Shown here one piece after another: positions 48,111 through 60,621 of a stretch of 64,000 nucleotides of DNA. This DNA comes from Antedon mediterranea (taxonomy: Eukaryota; Animalia; Echinodermata). Every line of letters begins with the position of its first letter. The stretch's first letter is position 1. A program made the translations under genes and the position numbers. The DNA is taken from contig NC_092672.1 in the NCBI RefSeq assembly GCF_964355755.1, positions 19,171,237-19,235,236 of the forward strand, written 5' to 3'. The notes under the pieces were generated by a model. That model saw nothing but the letters and a program-made list of their open reading frames with translations. It made no database searches and had not been told where the DNA came from.

Positions 48111-50528
48111 TTGATTATTCTTGGTGTAAGTATTTCTCTTTTCTCCATGTTAATGATTCTGTCTTGGATCGAATATAGCTCTTTATTTTCGGTATTTCAT
48201 ATGGAATTATCGCCATAAAATAATTGTTAAATGAACGACTATAAGTTGTACAAATATACATTTGTTATTTTGCTCGGTATTTGAATAGCCTACCATTATA
48301 CTTTGACTTTTATAATTAAAAATTATAGAAATTAAGTTGTTATCATTCTATCCTGTATGACAACAATCGATAGGACTACTGGATTTTGACAACTCATGAC
48401 GTGGGCTTTGCCATTCATTCGTCAAAAGTAGTGAAAAAGAGCTATATATTTATATTTTTCGAAATGTTAGGCTTAATTTGGCGGCCTGTACAGCTCTGTC
48501 AAAATACCTTTTGAGCGCTGCCACATTACTTAACTAATTAAATCTAGGAAATATCGAAGCAAAAACGTGCCTAAGTAAGATGAACATTGCGGAATGATTT
48601 AGTTGAACACTGATTAGCTTGGTTTTGTTGATAAACATAGTTGAGATACTCAAATCAGTTTTAATAAACATGTGATCTAAGCGAACGAATAAAAACTTTA
48701 ACAGTTAGAATAAATTAGTCTCAATTCGTAACATTTATATGAGGACAGTATATAGAGATTGTTTGGGTTAGGACTTTTCTCTTACTGTGTAAAACTCACA
48801 ATTGAAAAGTCCAATTTTATTACCTACATAACATCAACTTTAAAAACATTGTATTCAATTCTGAATGTTAGATGTTTCAATAACCTCTCAAACTATCTAT
48901 GGATTAAGAAATAGACGAAAATAACTAGGATAACAACTCCTACTTTGGTTGCAATTTTATTGTATGGATTGCTACAAAGAAACACCAAGAGGCCTTAGTT
49001 AGGCCTAATTAGTATTCAGTTGGTAATGTTTAAATGTTTAAGTGAGCCAATACAAGTTAATACGGAATGGTTTAGATATAAATGTGTTAAAAATGTGTAG
49101 TAAAAACAATCAGATCCAATTCAACGCAACATACAACTCTATTGACAAAATCAGAAATTGTTCAAGGCCAGCTAAACGTTATATAGATCCACTGCCTATG
49201 GCCGTGTATATCGTAAATGATACAAACAATATTTCATATTTTCTACTATTCATTTTAGGCTAAACCCGGAACCCCCTTTAAATGAAATAAACCGACACAA
49301 ACTTGAAGTTCATGGAATTATTAAAAGTACATCCAATATTGTAGTGATATGACATTAGCATGTCACATAAAGTTTGGTAGTGTAGACACTGACAAAGCTT
49401 CAGAACATACCTCAATATTTTGTATAGATATTTTAGGCTTATGTCATGGTTATTATTAACGAACATTACCAGCATGCACATTTCTATCAGAACACCTGCA
49501 GACAATGCTGGGAAAAACAGAATAAGAACACAATCTTACTAATCAACCAATCGATTTATTCAGATTTACCAACAAGATGGGGAATAGATATACCCCTAGA
49601 GTTTAGATTTGTTGCTGCAGAATTACCTACAAGATGGGGAATAGAAATAGGCATAGAGTTTGCTGCAGTATATCTTTACCGTTATTACCCCCTAAATGCT
49701 ACAAAGTAGTTCGCTATGATATTAAACCCATATCAGTCTGTTACATTTCTGTCATCATGATCTCGTTCGGTTTTTGATTTAAACAGTGTAATCTAAAAAA
49801 CCATTGTGACGTTACGCTGACTTTGAAACTCTATTCCATGTGTCAATTTTGTGTCGTCGTTGACTAAAATTGTCGTGTTTAATTTTGGTGACATTAGCCG
49901 CAAATAACTGAATTCATACGGGAAACTAAGTCGCCTATTTTCTACATTTAGTGTCGATTAGCACAGACTTTCTCCGCTCTATTTCACACCATACCCACGA
50001 GTATTTTGGTGAACTTCCATAATAATTTTTCTTTATTACTGTTTGGCCAAATATAGAATAGTTGTCAGTAATATAAGGCCGGCGTATTTAGTTTTAAAAG
50101 AATTAATATGTCGAAAGCGGCTGCATTGTTATATTTAAAACATCTTCACATGACAATGACCATTTTATTATCACAATATTAATTTTTAGTAGAATTATTC
50201 GTAATTGGATAGATGATCAACATGTATTTTAAAGTTAGTAGATTTCAGAATGTATCACAATCACTGAATTGGTTCCTTGTTAGAAATAGAATCGAGAGAC
50301 AGTCCAGCGCGCGTAATTACAAAAGTTTTATAAACTATAGATGGCGCTTTAACATTTTGATACGTTTTGTCAATTAACATTTCTGTCCAACTCCACTTAT
50401 ACAAAAATACTGAAGACCACCAGTTTAAAATCAAAATGTTTAGATTTACAATATCAAAGATACCGTTTTCAATGGGTAACTGGAATTGGGCAAGCTAGTC
50501 TGACTTATACTAAAATGATCTCAGTTAA

Positions 50529-50589
50529 AGATGTATTGTCCCTTTAAAAAAAATTTTTTTGTGGAATCAGTCAAGGGGACAATACATCT
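50529..50589. mobile_element. Kolobok-like MITE, internally deleted
   Basis: TTAA-AGATGTATTGTCCC ... GGGGACAATACATCT-TTAT; same TIR as 57745..58090. Confidence 0.7.
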
Positions 50590-52543
50590 TTATTAAGTTT
50601 ATGGCAAAATTCATGGCAATACACTTAGTTTATTGTGTTACGTGGCTATAAAATAATATAAATGTTTATGCTTTTGATACTCACGGCATTCAATATTACA
50701 GTACCGTACCGCATTCATCCGTGGGAATATTATCTAGGCCTATGTTGTATTTATGAGTTGATTTTATTTTATTTTGTTAGAAAAATCATTATAAAAAATA
50801 CATACAAAGTAATAACATTAATTACTGAAAACACTAACTACAGATGAATATATTTATAAAATATTTTCCAGGATAGCCAAAAAGCGTATTAGCTTATTGC
50901 TGTTTGGATCATTTTAAGAGTTATAATATATGTTTCTGTGATTGACATGATGTTGATTGACCCAATGACACGTCCCCACTAACATATTAAACTTATAAAC
51001 GCGTTTTATCAATAATGGACCATCAACGTATCCACGCGAACCTCCACTACGTTACGGTATTTCTTTGAAAAGGTTTTATTAACTTTTCCACTTTCTTATT
51101 AAAATTCTGACTAATTGGTTTTCTCCGTGTTCTCGTCAATCATTAACGGGGTCAATATAAGGCATAAAGGAAAAGATTATTTGGATTTGCTTTTTTGTTT
51201 GGTGTTTCTTTTGTTCGAATAATCCTTCGCGTTTGATTGGCCAAATCACTTATGTTGCGCTTACGTTGCGTCTCTAGGAACCAAGCAATTATTGTTGATC
51301 CTTGCGTTGCGTCCTATCTTTTACAAAACCACAAATAAAATCAACCTTATCCAGTCTGAATGCAATCATCTCGTGCCACACAAGCCGCTCACGCCTCTCC
51401 AACAAAAAAATACACTACCTTCCTCAGCAATTGCTTGAGGAAGGTAGTGTGAGAAACGCTGTGGCATTTTTATTACTATACATCATCAATGATAGTAGGC
51501 CTACACCACCAAACTCTTAAGAAAATGTAAACATCCGTGACAAGCTGTTGATAGAACTGCCATCTACTGATGATAGAAGACCCATTGAGAGATATCTTGT
51601 TATTAGAAACATACGGTAAGTAGGCCTATCGTTACTCTCTCATCAAGAATATTATCTACTGGGGATCGGACAGCAGCCATTTAAAGGTAAAATAGAACAT
51701 ATCTTGATGATGTAGTTTACACATCAAATGTCTTCAAATAAATGAAAATATATATAAAGCTGAGAATCAAGCGGAAAATAGATATAGGCATATAGGCTAC
51801 TTTGCAAGTTTATAAGCATATTCTATAACTGTAACAGTGTTAATTTCTTGTAATAATATTAACGTTATTTTGATTTGATTTGATTTATTTCGATACCATA
51901 CAAAAATCATTTTGACAGGTACCGGGGATAGCCCTCTATCTAAAAGGGATTTACATCCTGGGGTCAGCCTAGTCACTTGTGATAGCATGTTGAATTGCTT
52001 GTTATTTAATATCAAGAAACAATCCCCTGCTTAGTTTGGCTCACAAAAGTGCAGGAGACGCAGCCTGGCCTTCTCTACTATCTCTATAGGCCTACTGATG
52101 ATTCTTTGTTCTTCTAGGCCTAAGTCTAATAGAATGTTGGACTAGGCTTAAGACTTAGCCCTACCTAATAGGCCTACCACACCTCTTCTCATTGCAGCTT
52201 TTACCGCGCCGCGATGCAACAAATATTAATGTAGTCAGCGGGATTTTTTTCATCAATTTATATGTGATGACGTCGTGTATTATATCGCCAAGATGATTGG
52301 TCAGTTCTTCCGTTTTAACGTTGCGATATCGCTTGAGTTGTTGCAGAGTGGGGTATTGGCCCATGGGCTTTCATTTGAAAAGGGATACAATTTGATTTAT
52401 TACTGTTACTTTGCACAAAGAATATATATCACAAGAATGAGTATTCCGCGATTTTTGCATGAGAAATTTGTAACAGAGAGCTCCAGTGAGTGATGCCCGC
52501 CCTCATAAGGGCGGATGTATACATACTAAATAAGACTTGATTT

Positions 52544-53047
52544 AATAGATATTATACATGTCACATTAAATATAATTATGATAATAGTTTTTGAAATTGT
52601 AAACTATTTTATAATACTTATTAATTAACAAACTAGTGTACATTCACTTTTACAAACAATTATTTACTATCATGCTAAGTTAGTTCACAAAAAAGGCCTA
52701 ACACAGCAACACCAAAAATAAACGAATCGTTACTCACACGGCCTATTCTTTACCATTGCCATGCCGTGTACTACTCTACGCCCGGTAAATTAAGTATTGT
52801 TAAATAGATATTATACATGTCACATTAAATAGAATTATGATAATAGTTTTTGAAATTGTAAACTATTTTATAATACATATTAATTAACAAACCAGTGTAC
52901 ATTCACTTTTACAAACAATTATTTACTATCATGCTAAGTTAGTTCACAAAAAAGGCCTAACACAGCAACACCAAAAATAAACGAATCGTTACTTGATTCT
53001 TTACCATTGCCGTGTACTACTCTACGCCCGGTAAATTAAGTATTGTT
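52544..53047. repeat. ~259-bp tandem duplication, inside a possible degenerate TIR element (~52490..53415)
   Basis: 52544..52802 is near-identical to 52803..53047. The flanks CATAAGGGCGGATGTAT and ATACATCCACACTTATG are imperfect inverted repeats. Confidence 0.8.
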
Positions 53048-53429
53048 TTTATGATATAAATTAATATAAAATACATGTTATTAATAGGACAAAATGTTAA
53101 ATGTCATTAACATTTATTTGTTTTACCAGAAAAAAGTTAAATATAGGAATATTATTAAACTATCCTTCGTGAAAACGCGTAAACACCAACACGCCCGGTC
53201 ACACGCTATCGTAGCGCCCGGTTGATAAAGCAAACTGTTTATACGGCAGTTTTTACTATATAAATTGCATAAAACGAACAATTAAATATCCAAATAGTAT
53301 TTAACATGATGTTGGCATGTAGTTGATAACATTTTTTATCATGAAAAAACTACCGGTGGTTCAGCACAAAAAGTTGTATACATCCCAGATACATCCACAC
53401 TTATGGCGGCGCCCTACCACATGGACAAT

Positions 53430-55324
53430 CAGAGCCATATATATAAAGAGTTACGACATTGAAAATTAGAAGCCATTTTTGTGTCAAAGAATTCGCACGC
53501 TGAGGGCGCGCGCGTCTCTTTTGTATAGCGTTTTCCTGTAGTTCCATGCATTATTTTTAGATTTTGTTGTCAATGAAATAACGCTTAGATTCCGTTTTTA
53601 TTTTAGTAAATAAAGTTAGTAATGGTATTAATTTGGTAACATATATATATTGTGTCTATAATAACAAAAGAATAAATGCTAGGGCCTACATGCAAGTCAG
53701 GATACATCAAAGCATGAACCAATACAAAAAACACACAAATTCACCCCTCTTTTTATACAGTATATGGCTCTCTGTGTGTTTTTGACACAAACTTTCAGAG
53801 ACTCGTTCATCATTTCATTTGTAATAATTTGCCTTTATTATTTTAATATTGTTCATACCTATTCAATATATTAACAAATATATCCACGACACTTTATTAT
53901 TTTATTTAGTCATCAAAGCATGCATTATGAATTGAAAATATTACATAATTGTTATTAATGGGACGTAGTTATGGGATGTTTTGTTCCAAAATCAATCAAT
54001 CGAACGTTATAATGTACTAACGTACGCGCGCGCAATATTCTTTGGCGCAAGTGGTTCTGTTCGCTGTGCACGTCGATATTCCACCGTAAAATGTGCAATT
54101 ACATTTTTTTTAATATAAGAAAAAGTTTAAAGTAATTTCTTGCTCCTATACTTCAGGCCCTGTTCAGACCCATGGCGTTAGACCGTTTTAGCGTACAACG
54201 TTACTATCAAGGTCACGTTACAAACCGCAGAGAAAAAAACGAGGTGTTCAGACCCATAGCGTACGATTATCGTTACAACGGAAGTACGTCATCCAGGTTG
54301 TTTCTAGTTGCATATTCATGTGCTCTTACCCACGTGTTTTCATCATTATTTCCACTGTATATAGGCCTAGATCTCAGCCCTACAATTATGACAAAATTTG
54401 CCGTAAATAAAACATACCTCAGCATTTATTTAAGAAAAATATAGTAAAGCCAAATTTCTGTTTCTATTGTTTTTATTTTGTAGTAAAACACATTTTCCCC
54501 AGGCTCTTGTGTTACGAAAATAAAGCAGGCCTCGTAATGATGAAGAAAACAATGATTGTGATTAGTCTATCCAGTCCAGTCAAAGATATATATTCTTTGG
54601 TCCAGTCGGTTGAAAATAACCCTTAACTTGCTAATAAAAGGGACACAGCTCCCCCTTGTTTGTTTACTGATTTTTTTAGGAGTTAGGGGGTTTTCAGCAT
54701 TAAACTTGTCCAGTCTAGTCTGCCTTGATGAATGAGTGACTTGATGTCCCACGCTAGTTTTTAGCTTGAATGAAATGCGTGAATGGCTCTAGGCCTAGCT
54801 AGGCCTAAAAGCGGATGGGATCGTAGTCCCTATGTTTAAATACAAGGTGCATGTATTTATGTCATTTGTTAGAAAATGTAATGGTAATCAGTTGATAATA
54901 GTTTGTAGCCTTTGTAACAGTTGTATTTGTAGTGTAGTTAGGCCTTATTTATTCTGGCCTTTTTGTTATTGAAATCCATCTCACACATTGACGATACAAG
55001 ATGTCAGCCTAGGTCAAACCTTGTTTCGCGTCATAACAGGAAACGTTCTGATTGGATACAACGTTGACTTACAGTAGCGTCGTACGCTAAAACGGTACTA
55101 TCAACCGTTTTCCACTACAACGCTACAACCGTTGTACGACGCGTTGTACGCTAATCCCCAACTGTTCAGACACACATTCTTTTAGCGTCGTACGCTAAAA
55201 CGGTCTAACGCCATGGGTCTGAACAGGGCCTTACATGCATTAACGGAGACAAGTTTGACACAAATTGATCTGCATATCACGTGACTTAAATCCAATGTCG
55301 TAACTCTTTATATATATGGCTCTG
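53430..55324. mobile_element. Non-autonomous TIR element with 8-bp TSD (P-element- or hAT-like)
   Basis: 32-bp perfect TIR CAGAGCCATATATATAAAGAGTTACGACATTG; TGGACAAT directly repeated at 53422-53429 and 55325-55332. Confidence 0.85.
54156..55230. mobile_element. PIF/Harbinger-like MITE nested in the previous element
   Basis: ~41-bp perfect TIR GGCCCTGTTCAGACCCATGGCGTTAGACCGTTTTAGCGTAC; 3-bp flanks TCA / TTA. Confidence 0.85.
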
Positions 55325-55477
55325 TGGACAATATTACTGTAACAGGGAAAATCGCGGATTAGGCCTACTCATTCTTGTGATATATATTCTTTGCTTTGCA
55401 TAATAATTCTATAGCAAACTTTGAAAGACCGCTACGAAAGCCTATTAGGGCCAACAAAAAAATAATATTGCTTTCAA

Positions 55478-55996
55478 AAATTCGAAATAACGAATTATTA
55501 ATTCGTTTTTTCGAATTATTAATTCGTTATTTCGAATTTATTTAAGTAATTTGAAATTTCGAATTAATAATTCGAAATTTCGAATTATTAATTCGAAATT
55601 TCGAATTATTTATTTCGTTATTTCAAATTATTAATTCGAAATTTCGAATTATTAATTCGAAATTTCGAATTAGTAATTCGTTATTTCGAATTAATAATTC
55701 GAAATTTCGAATTAGTAATTCGAAATTTCGAATTACTAATTCGTTATTTCGAATTAATAATTCGAAATTTCGAATTAGTAATTCGTTATTTCGAATTAAT
55801 AATTCGAAATTTCAAATTAGTAATTCGTTATTTCGAATTAATAATTCGAAATTTCGAATTAGTAATTCGTTATTTCGAATTAATAATTCGAAATTTCAAA
55901 TTAGTAATTCGAAATTTCAAATTAGTAATTCGTTAATTCAAATTTTTAATTCGTTATTTCGAATTAATAATTCGAAATTTAGATTTAATAATTCGA
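55478..55996. repeat. 21-bp palindromic tandem array (~24 units)
   Basis: Units TTAATAATTCGAAATTTCGAA and TTAGTAATTCGTTATTTCGAA; the core AATTCGAAATTTCGAATT is a perfect 18-bp palindrome. Ends 65 bp before the transposase ATG. Confidence 0.95.
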
Positions 55997-56061
55997 CCTC
56001 TGCCCTTTCTAATGACATCCCAACCATCCCGGATTACTTTAGCTAATGCAATCTGGTCACC

Positions 56062-57418
56062 ATGCGTCCTGAAAACCATTGGATTAGATTATATTTCAAT
56101 CGTAGCTTAAATTATCAAGAGATTATTGAAATGTTAGCAGAAGATCATGATATTTTGATAAGTAAACGGACATTAAAGCGAAGGCTGAAACAAATGTGCC
56201 TTAGTCAAAGAAAACGGCATTCTGACGAACTGGAAGTCGCTGCGTTCATTGAAAGCCAATTACAGACGTCAGGGATGCTACATGGGTACAGGTGGATGCA
56301 CATTCGTTGCACACAAAATGGGTTAAACATAGATAAAGAGACGGTCAGAATAATTTTAAACCTTCTTGACCCAGAGGGTGTCGAAGCAAGAAGGAGACGA
56401 CGACTACACAGAAGAATTTATCATGTACCTGGCCCAAACTATATCTGGCATATCGACTCGTACGACAAACTTAAGCCATACGGCATTTGTATAAATGGCT
56501 GTATAGACGGATTCTCTAGACACATAATATGGCTAGAAGCTTACTTTACTAGCAGCAATCCAAAAGTTATAGCCGGCTATTACGTAAATTCTGTTCGCCA
56601 AAAAATGGGTTGTCCAAAGTCTATTAGAACAGATTTCGGAACTGAAAATTCTATTGTTGGTCCAATGCAACAATTTCTTTGTAATGAGAACAGCAGTTTT
56701 ATACAAGGAACAAGTCAGCATAATCAACGAATTGAGAGTTGGTGGGGCATTCTCAGAAAACACTTTACTCAGTTTTGGATGGACGCCTTTGAACAACAAA
56801 AGAATGACGGTAGATATGATGGAGGTCTTATAGACAAATCTTTATTCCAATTTTATGAAAATTATCCAGGTAAGCAGTACAGCAATTACATTGTGTGCTA
56901 TGCATTATAGTCCCCAAGTACGACAATTATAATAATAATTTGGGCTTTCGCAACAATTTGAAAAGCAAACAATATTAGCCTAGAATTAAATCACTCCTCT
57001 TTTATTTACGATATTGTTTTTTTTTTCACGGTATAAACTGTCATTAACTATTTGTTTTTACTGTACTGTATTATATTTGCCTTTTTTAAAGGATGAACTG
57101 GACTCGGTTGCAAATGAGTGGAATGCCCATCGCATCTCAAAATCGAGAAATAGCCATGGTCCGTTTGGACGCCCGACATTGATGTACAATGTACCATACT
57201 TATTCGGGGGACAAGAGTGTATTATTCCCGTTGATGTGGCTAAAGTTGAAGTTTGTGAAAGTGAATCCATCTTCAAAAGCCAGATTCCATGCGATAAGGA
57301 CGTGTTCGACTTATGTTCCATATTCTTGGAAGAAAAGCAGCTATCGATGCCGAAAACATGTGATGAAGGTTTGCAGTTATACAGCAGTCTTAGAAATATG
57401 TTTCTTGACGTCATCTGA
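56062..57418 (+). pseudogene. DDE transposase/integrase (rve fold, IS3/IS481-related), 2 exons 56062..56869 + 57092..57418, frameshifted near 56854
   Basis: HTH-like N-terminus (ISKRTLKRRL; GYRWM) and motifs WHIDSYDKLK (D132), IDGFSR, IRTDFGTEN (D191), HNQRIESWW (E225). Exon 2 reads DELDSVANEWNAHRI..GRP. Donor CAG|GTAAGC and acceptor AAAG|GAT are out of phase by one; the alternative frame reads MKIIQ up to the donor. Confidence 0.88.
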
Positions 57419-57744
57419 TCAACTGCCACAGCAAGCACGTGATATCACATTATCATGTTATAAATCGTTTTTTTTTTATTAATTAATTGTCGCTGTGATA
57501 TTATTTCCAATACAAAGTTAGAATTGCAACGAACACAATGTAATGAATACAATATAAACAATTATATTTATAGTATTATGTTCAGTTGGTGATGATCAGA
57601 CAGAATTGTGTTATGTAGCTGTACAATACAGTAAAACAGATGTAATTTAACAACAACATTTTGTTTATTGAAACTTTAATAACAGTATTTTATTTCTGAA
57701 ACAATTACAAAACTGTTGGCTACTAAAATTTGATCATAATTTAA

Positions 57745-58090
57745 AGATATATTGTCCCCCTGAAAAAATATTTTTTTTAATTGTTTTGTTGAATATGTTA
57801 TTTTAATGTCACATAATAGTTATTCACTTTCACAAAAAAATGGGTCTGAAAAAAAATTATTTACCTAAGAAAACTGTAATTTAAAGCAAATAAATGGTCA
57901 AATTGGCTGGAAGACAATGAGTTTTGGGGTAATTTAACTGTTTAACTGTTTTGTCTTTCTATAGGTGAAATAATTTTTTTTTCTCGTTTTTTTTCTTATG
58001 GAAACAACTTCATTAAAACTGCAAAATGGCCTATTCAAAGTCCGATTTAAAAAATCTTTATTCTTCCTTAATTTGGGGGACAATACATCT
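57745..58090. mobile_element. Kolobok-like MITE (346 bp)
   Basis: TIR AGATATATTGTCCCC / GGGGACAATACATCT; TTAA TSD at 57741-57744 and 58091-58094. Confidence 0.85.
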
Positions 58091-58985
58091 TTAAAGTTTT
58101 CCAAAACCCTTGCCATTTATGATGGCTTCCTCCATTAGAGTTGTGAATTCCAATGGATCGACATATCCACGGGGGAGGTGTAAATCCAACCCACATGTAC
58201 TGGCTGTCGGGTAACCTCTCATCTTTCGCTCCTTACTAAAAAAATTTATATGTATCTGGTTGCTAAAACCAAGAGGGGGAATTGAGTCAGCACCAGTAAC
58301 AAATGTTAGGAAGTCTCCAAGGGATGTCTTGGTCTTTTTATCTAAAATGCATAAAAATAAAAATGTTAAACATTATGAAATAAAAAATGTATACTTTTTT
58401 CGTCTACCATTTACCCTTTCACCGCTCTTATTAGCATACTTTCGTTTTGGTACAAGGAATTACAAATAGGGTATAGCGGTATAGTTCTTCAAGGTAAAGT
58501 TTGTTCGTGAATACACACAACCTTGTTTCTCTCTCGAAGGGCTATATTATATAACTGTAAGGAAATACGGTATTGTATCGTTTCGTTTCGAGCCCTGGGG
58601 GTACCTAATTTTACTTTGGATATTCATTCTCAGCCCGAAGGATTGGGGGGGGGGGGGGTATCTCAACACCCCTCCCCTCCCCCTGCATGTAACGCCCCAT
58701 CTAGAGTTTACTTTAGTTTACATTAAAATAAAGATATAAATACTGTATACAATACCTTCCGACTCTTGTAAGAAAACCTCCAGACAATACACTGTGCCTT
58801 CCTCTTGACTTCGTAAATTGGAGCCTGCCTCTGAATATTCAACTGTCATTAGTGTCTTTAGTACTTGCCGTGTCAGTCTTTTCCCCTCCAGAGTGAAAAG
58901 TGGGACAAATTGGTTTGGGTAATCTCTTACGTTTTCTCAAAGTACTCCCAATCCTTCAGTGAACTGTCGGATTTCACTATGTGTT
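58091..58985 (-). pseudogene. HECT-domain E3 ubiquitin ligase (G2E3-like), last two exons: complement(58756..58985, 58091..58341)
   Basis: Manual translation: THSEIRQFTEGLGVL*ENVRDYPNQFVPLF...LTRQVLKTLMTVEYSEAGSNLRSQEE...FLQESE | DKKTKTSLGDFLTFVTGADSIPPLGF...YPTASTCGLDLHLP...MEEAIINGKGFGKL*. It has the HECT hallmarks FVTG, PxAxTC (catalytic Cys) and terminal GFG. GT-AG phase-1 intron; one in-frame TGA. Confidence 0.88.
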
Positions 58986-60621
58986 CTAGATTAGGAGAAA
59001 ATGAATGCACCATGTAAATTATAATCACAATTAGCAAATAAAATGTGTTCACATTCATACGACCTGCACAATAATTCCAAGCCTTGATTTAAAGTTCAGC
59101 AATTTTACAGAAGAATCACCCAGAGCAGCCGTCAACCGACAAATAAAAACCAAAGGAGAATTTCATTTGGATGGATTTCGATGGATTTTCCTTCACGATG
59201 CTTTTAAATCCTAATGCCAAAATGTTTCTCCTGTCCTGAACTAGACTTAAAATGGATATGAAAGGATTTTAAAATTTCACAAAAATTACTTTGTATGAAT
59301 CCTTTTAATGTTAATAAACAGCACACAAAAAATTAGATTCAAATACCTAGTAGAAATTGAGAAATAAACAAATTAAATTTTGGTATAAAACGTCCGCAAA
59401 ATGGCCGACCAACTGGCACGCCATCTTAATTTTATGAACGTTCTATACGCACGTACGAGATCGTCAAATTTAGAGTTTGAAACACCCGGGGTTGTAGCCA
59501 CGGCAGCAGTCGTTTTGTGATTGGTTAATGAATTTTAATACAGTCCAATCACCGCCTTGTCTCGTTCGCGGACTGTGTGTGGTGTAAACAAACCCATCCT
59601 CCTACACGAGACTCGCGTGTTGCAAGCTCCCTGTTGCTGCAGTCGTAGAAAATATCGATATTTCACAAATCAATAAAAAGTTATGTCTGCAAAGATTGTA
59701 CGTGAAAAGAAGAAAGTGTGTATTTGTACTTCTCACACTAAACCACTCACGCAGACTACAAATTAGGCTAGGTCTAGTAGACTATAGTTTCTTCTAAATT
59801 CGCTAGTAGTAGGCTAGGCCTACACATGGTCCATGGAGTTACTCCATGGTCTACAGTACAAGAGAGTACTGTAGTAGTCGCCGGTCCACCGACGAACCTT
59901 CAGGAAGTGGACAAGGCGCGGGCGTAGACGTATGTAAAAGGCGACGTAAATAAAAAAGGTAAGCTTGTGTTGAACTTGTTTTTGGCTCTGACTTTTGTTA
60001 TTGACTAATATAGTAATATAATAATACTAATAATTAAAGTAGAGCAGAGGTGAGGCAGAGAGGATTATTATAGTTTAGTTAGGAACTGTAGTGTAATTAA
60101 ATAATAACCTCTTTCTGTTTGTTACCAAGTCATAAAATATAATACTATATTACATAGCCTATGTAAATACGCGAACGTGATTGGTTGAAACTGCATCACA
60201 TGACTACCGCTGCGAGGATCGTAAATCGTATATATCCTCGAGAACGATGATATTGACTGTGTAATTTTCGCGTAATTATCGTGTCCCCTGTCATTAATCA
60301 TATAAATTCTCGAGTACGATGATATTGACTGTGTAATTTTCGTGTGCAACACTCGAGTTTGCCGATAAATAAACAAAAGTCATCTACTCGATCTTGAACT
60401 CGGGTGGAATTGTCACTCCATCGCAAGACAACGTTTCATCCGCTGGGCCACGGAATTTGCTTGAAGAAATTAATCTTCTAAACTATTTAAGCTATGCATA
60501 CATAGCGCCCTCATTTGTTATAAGTCCACCCTAAATGTGATGAAACACCGTTTGTGATTGGTCAATACTCACGGTAGTAACCTAGTAACTAGTACGCGCT
60601 GAACATCCGGTGATTCGGCTC

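Larger units (their letters stand above)
55433..58985. mobile_element. IS3EU-like DNA transposon remnant (putative left end + subterminal array + transposase + HECT gene); right end not found in window
   Basis: Putative terminus TACGAAAGCC...GGGCCAACAAAAAAA fits recalled IS3EU TAY.. ends; IS3/IS481-type DDE transposase and a convergent second gene. The boundary is inferred. Confidence 0.6.

Noticed and set aside
47996-48178. Hydrophobic 60-aa ORF (LGLGVVLGLG)
   Set aside because: Translation of the telomere-like repeat.
55478-55996. CRISPR-like array next to an integrase
   Set aside because: The segments between palindromes are only a few recurring 3-6 nt variants, not unique spacers.
57058-57482. 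Overlapping ORFs of 126 aa (-) and 97 aa (+)
   Set aside because: Alternative-frame shadows of transposase exon 2.
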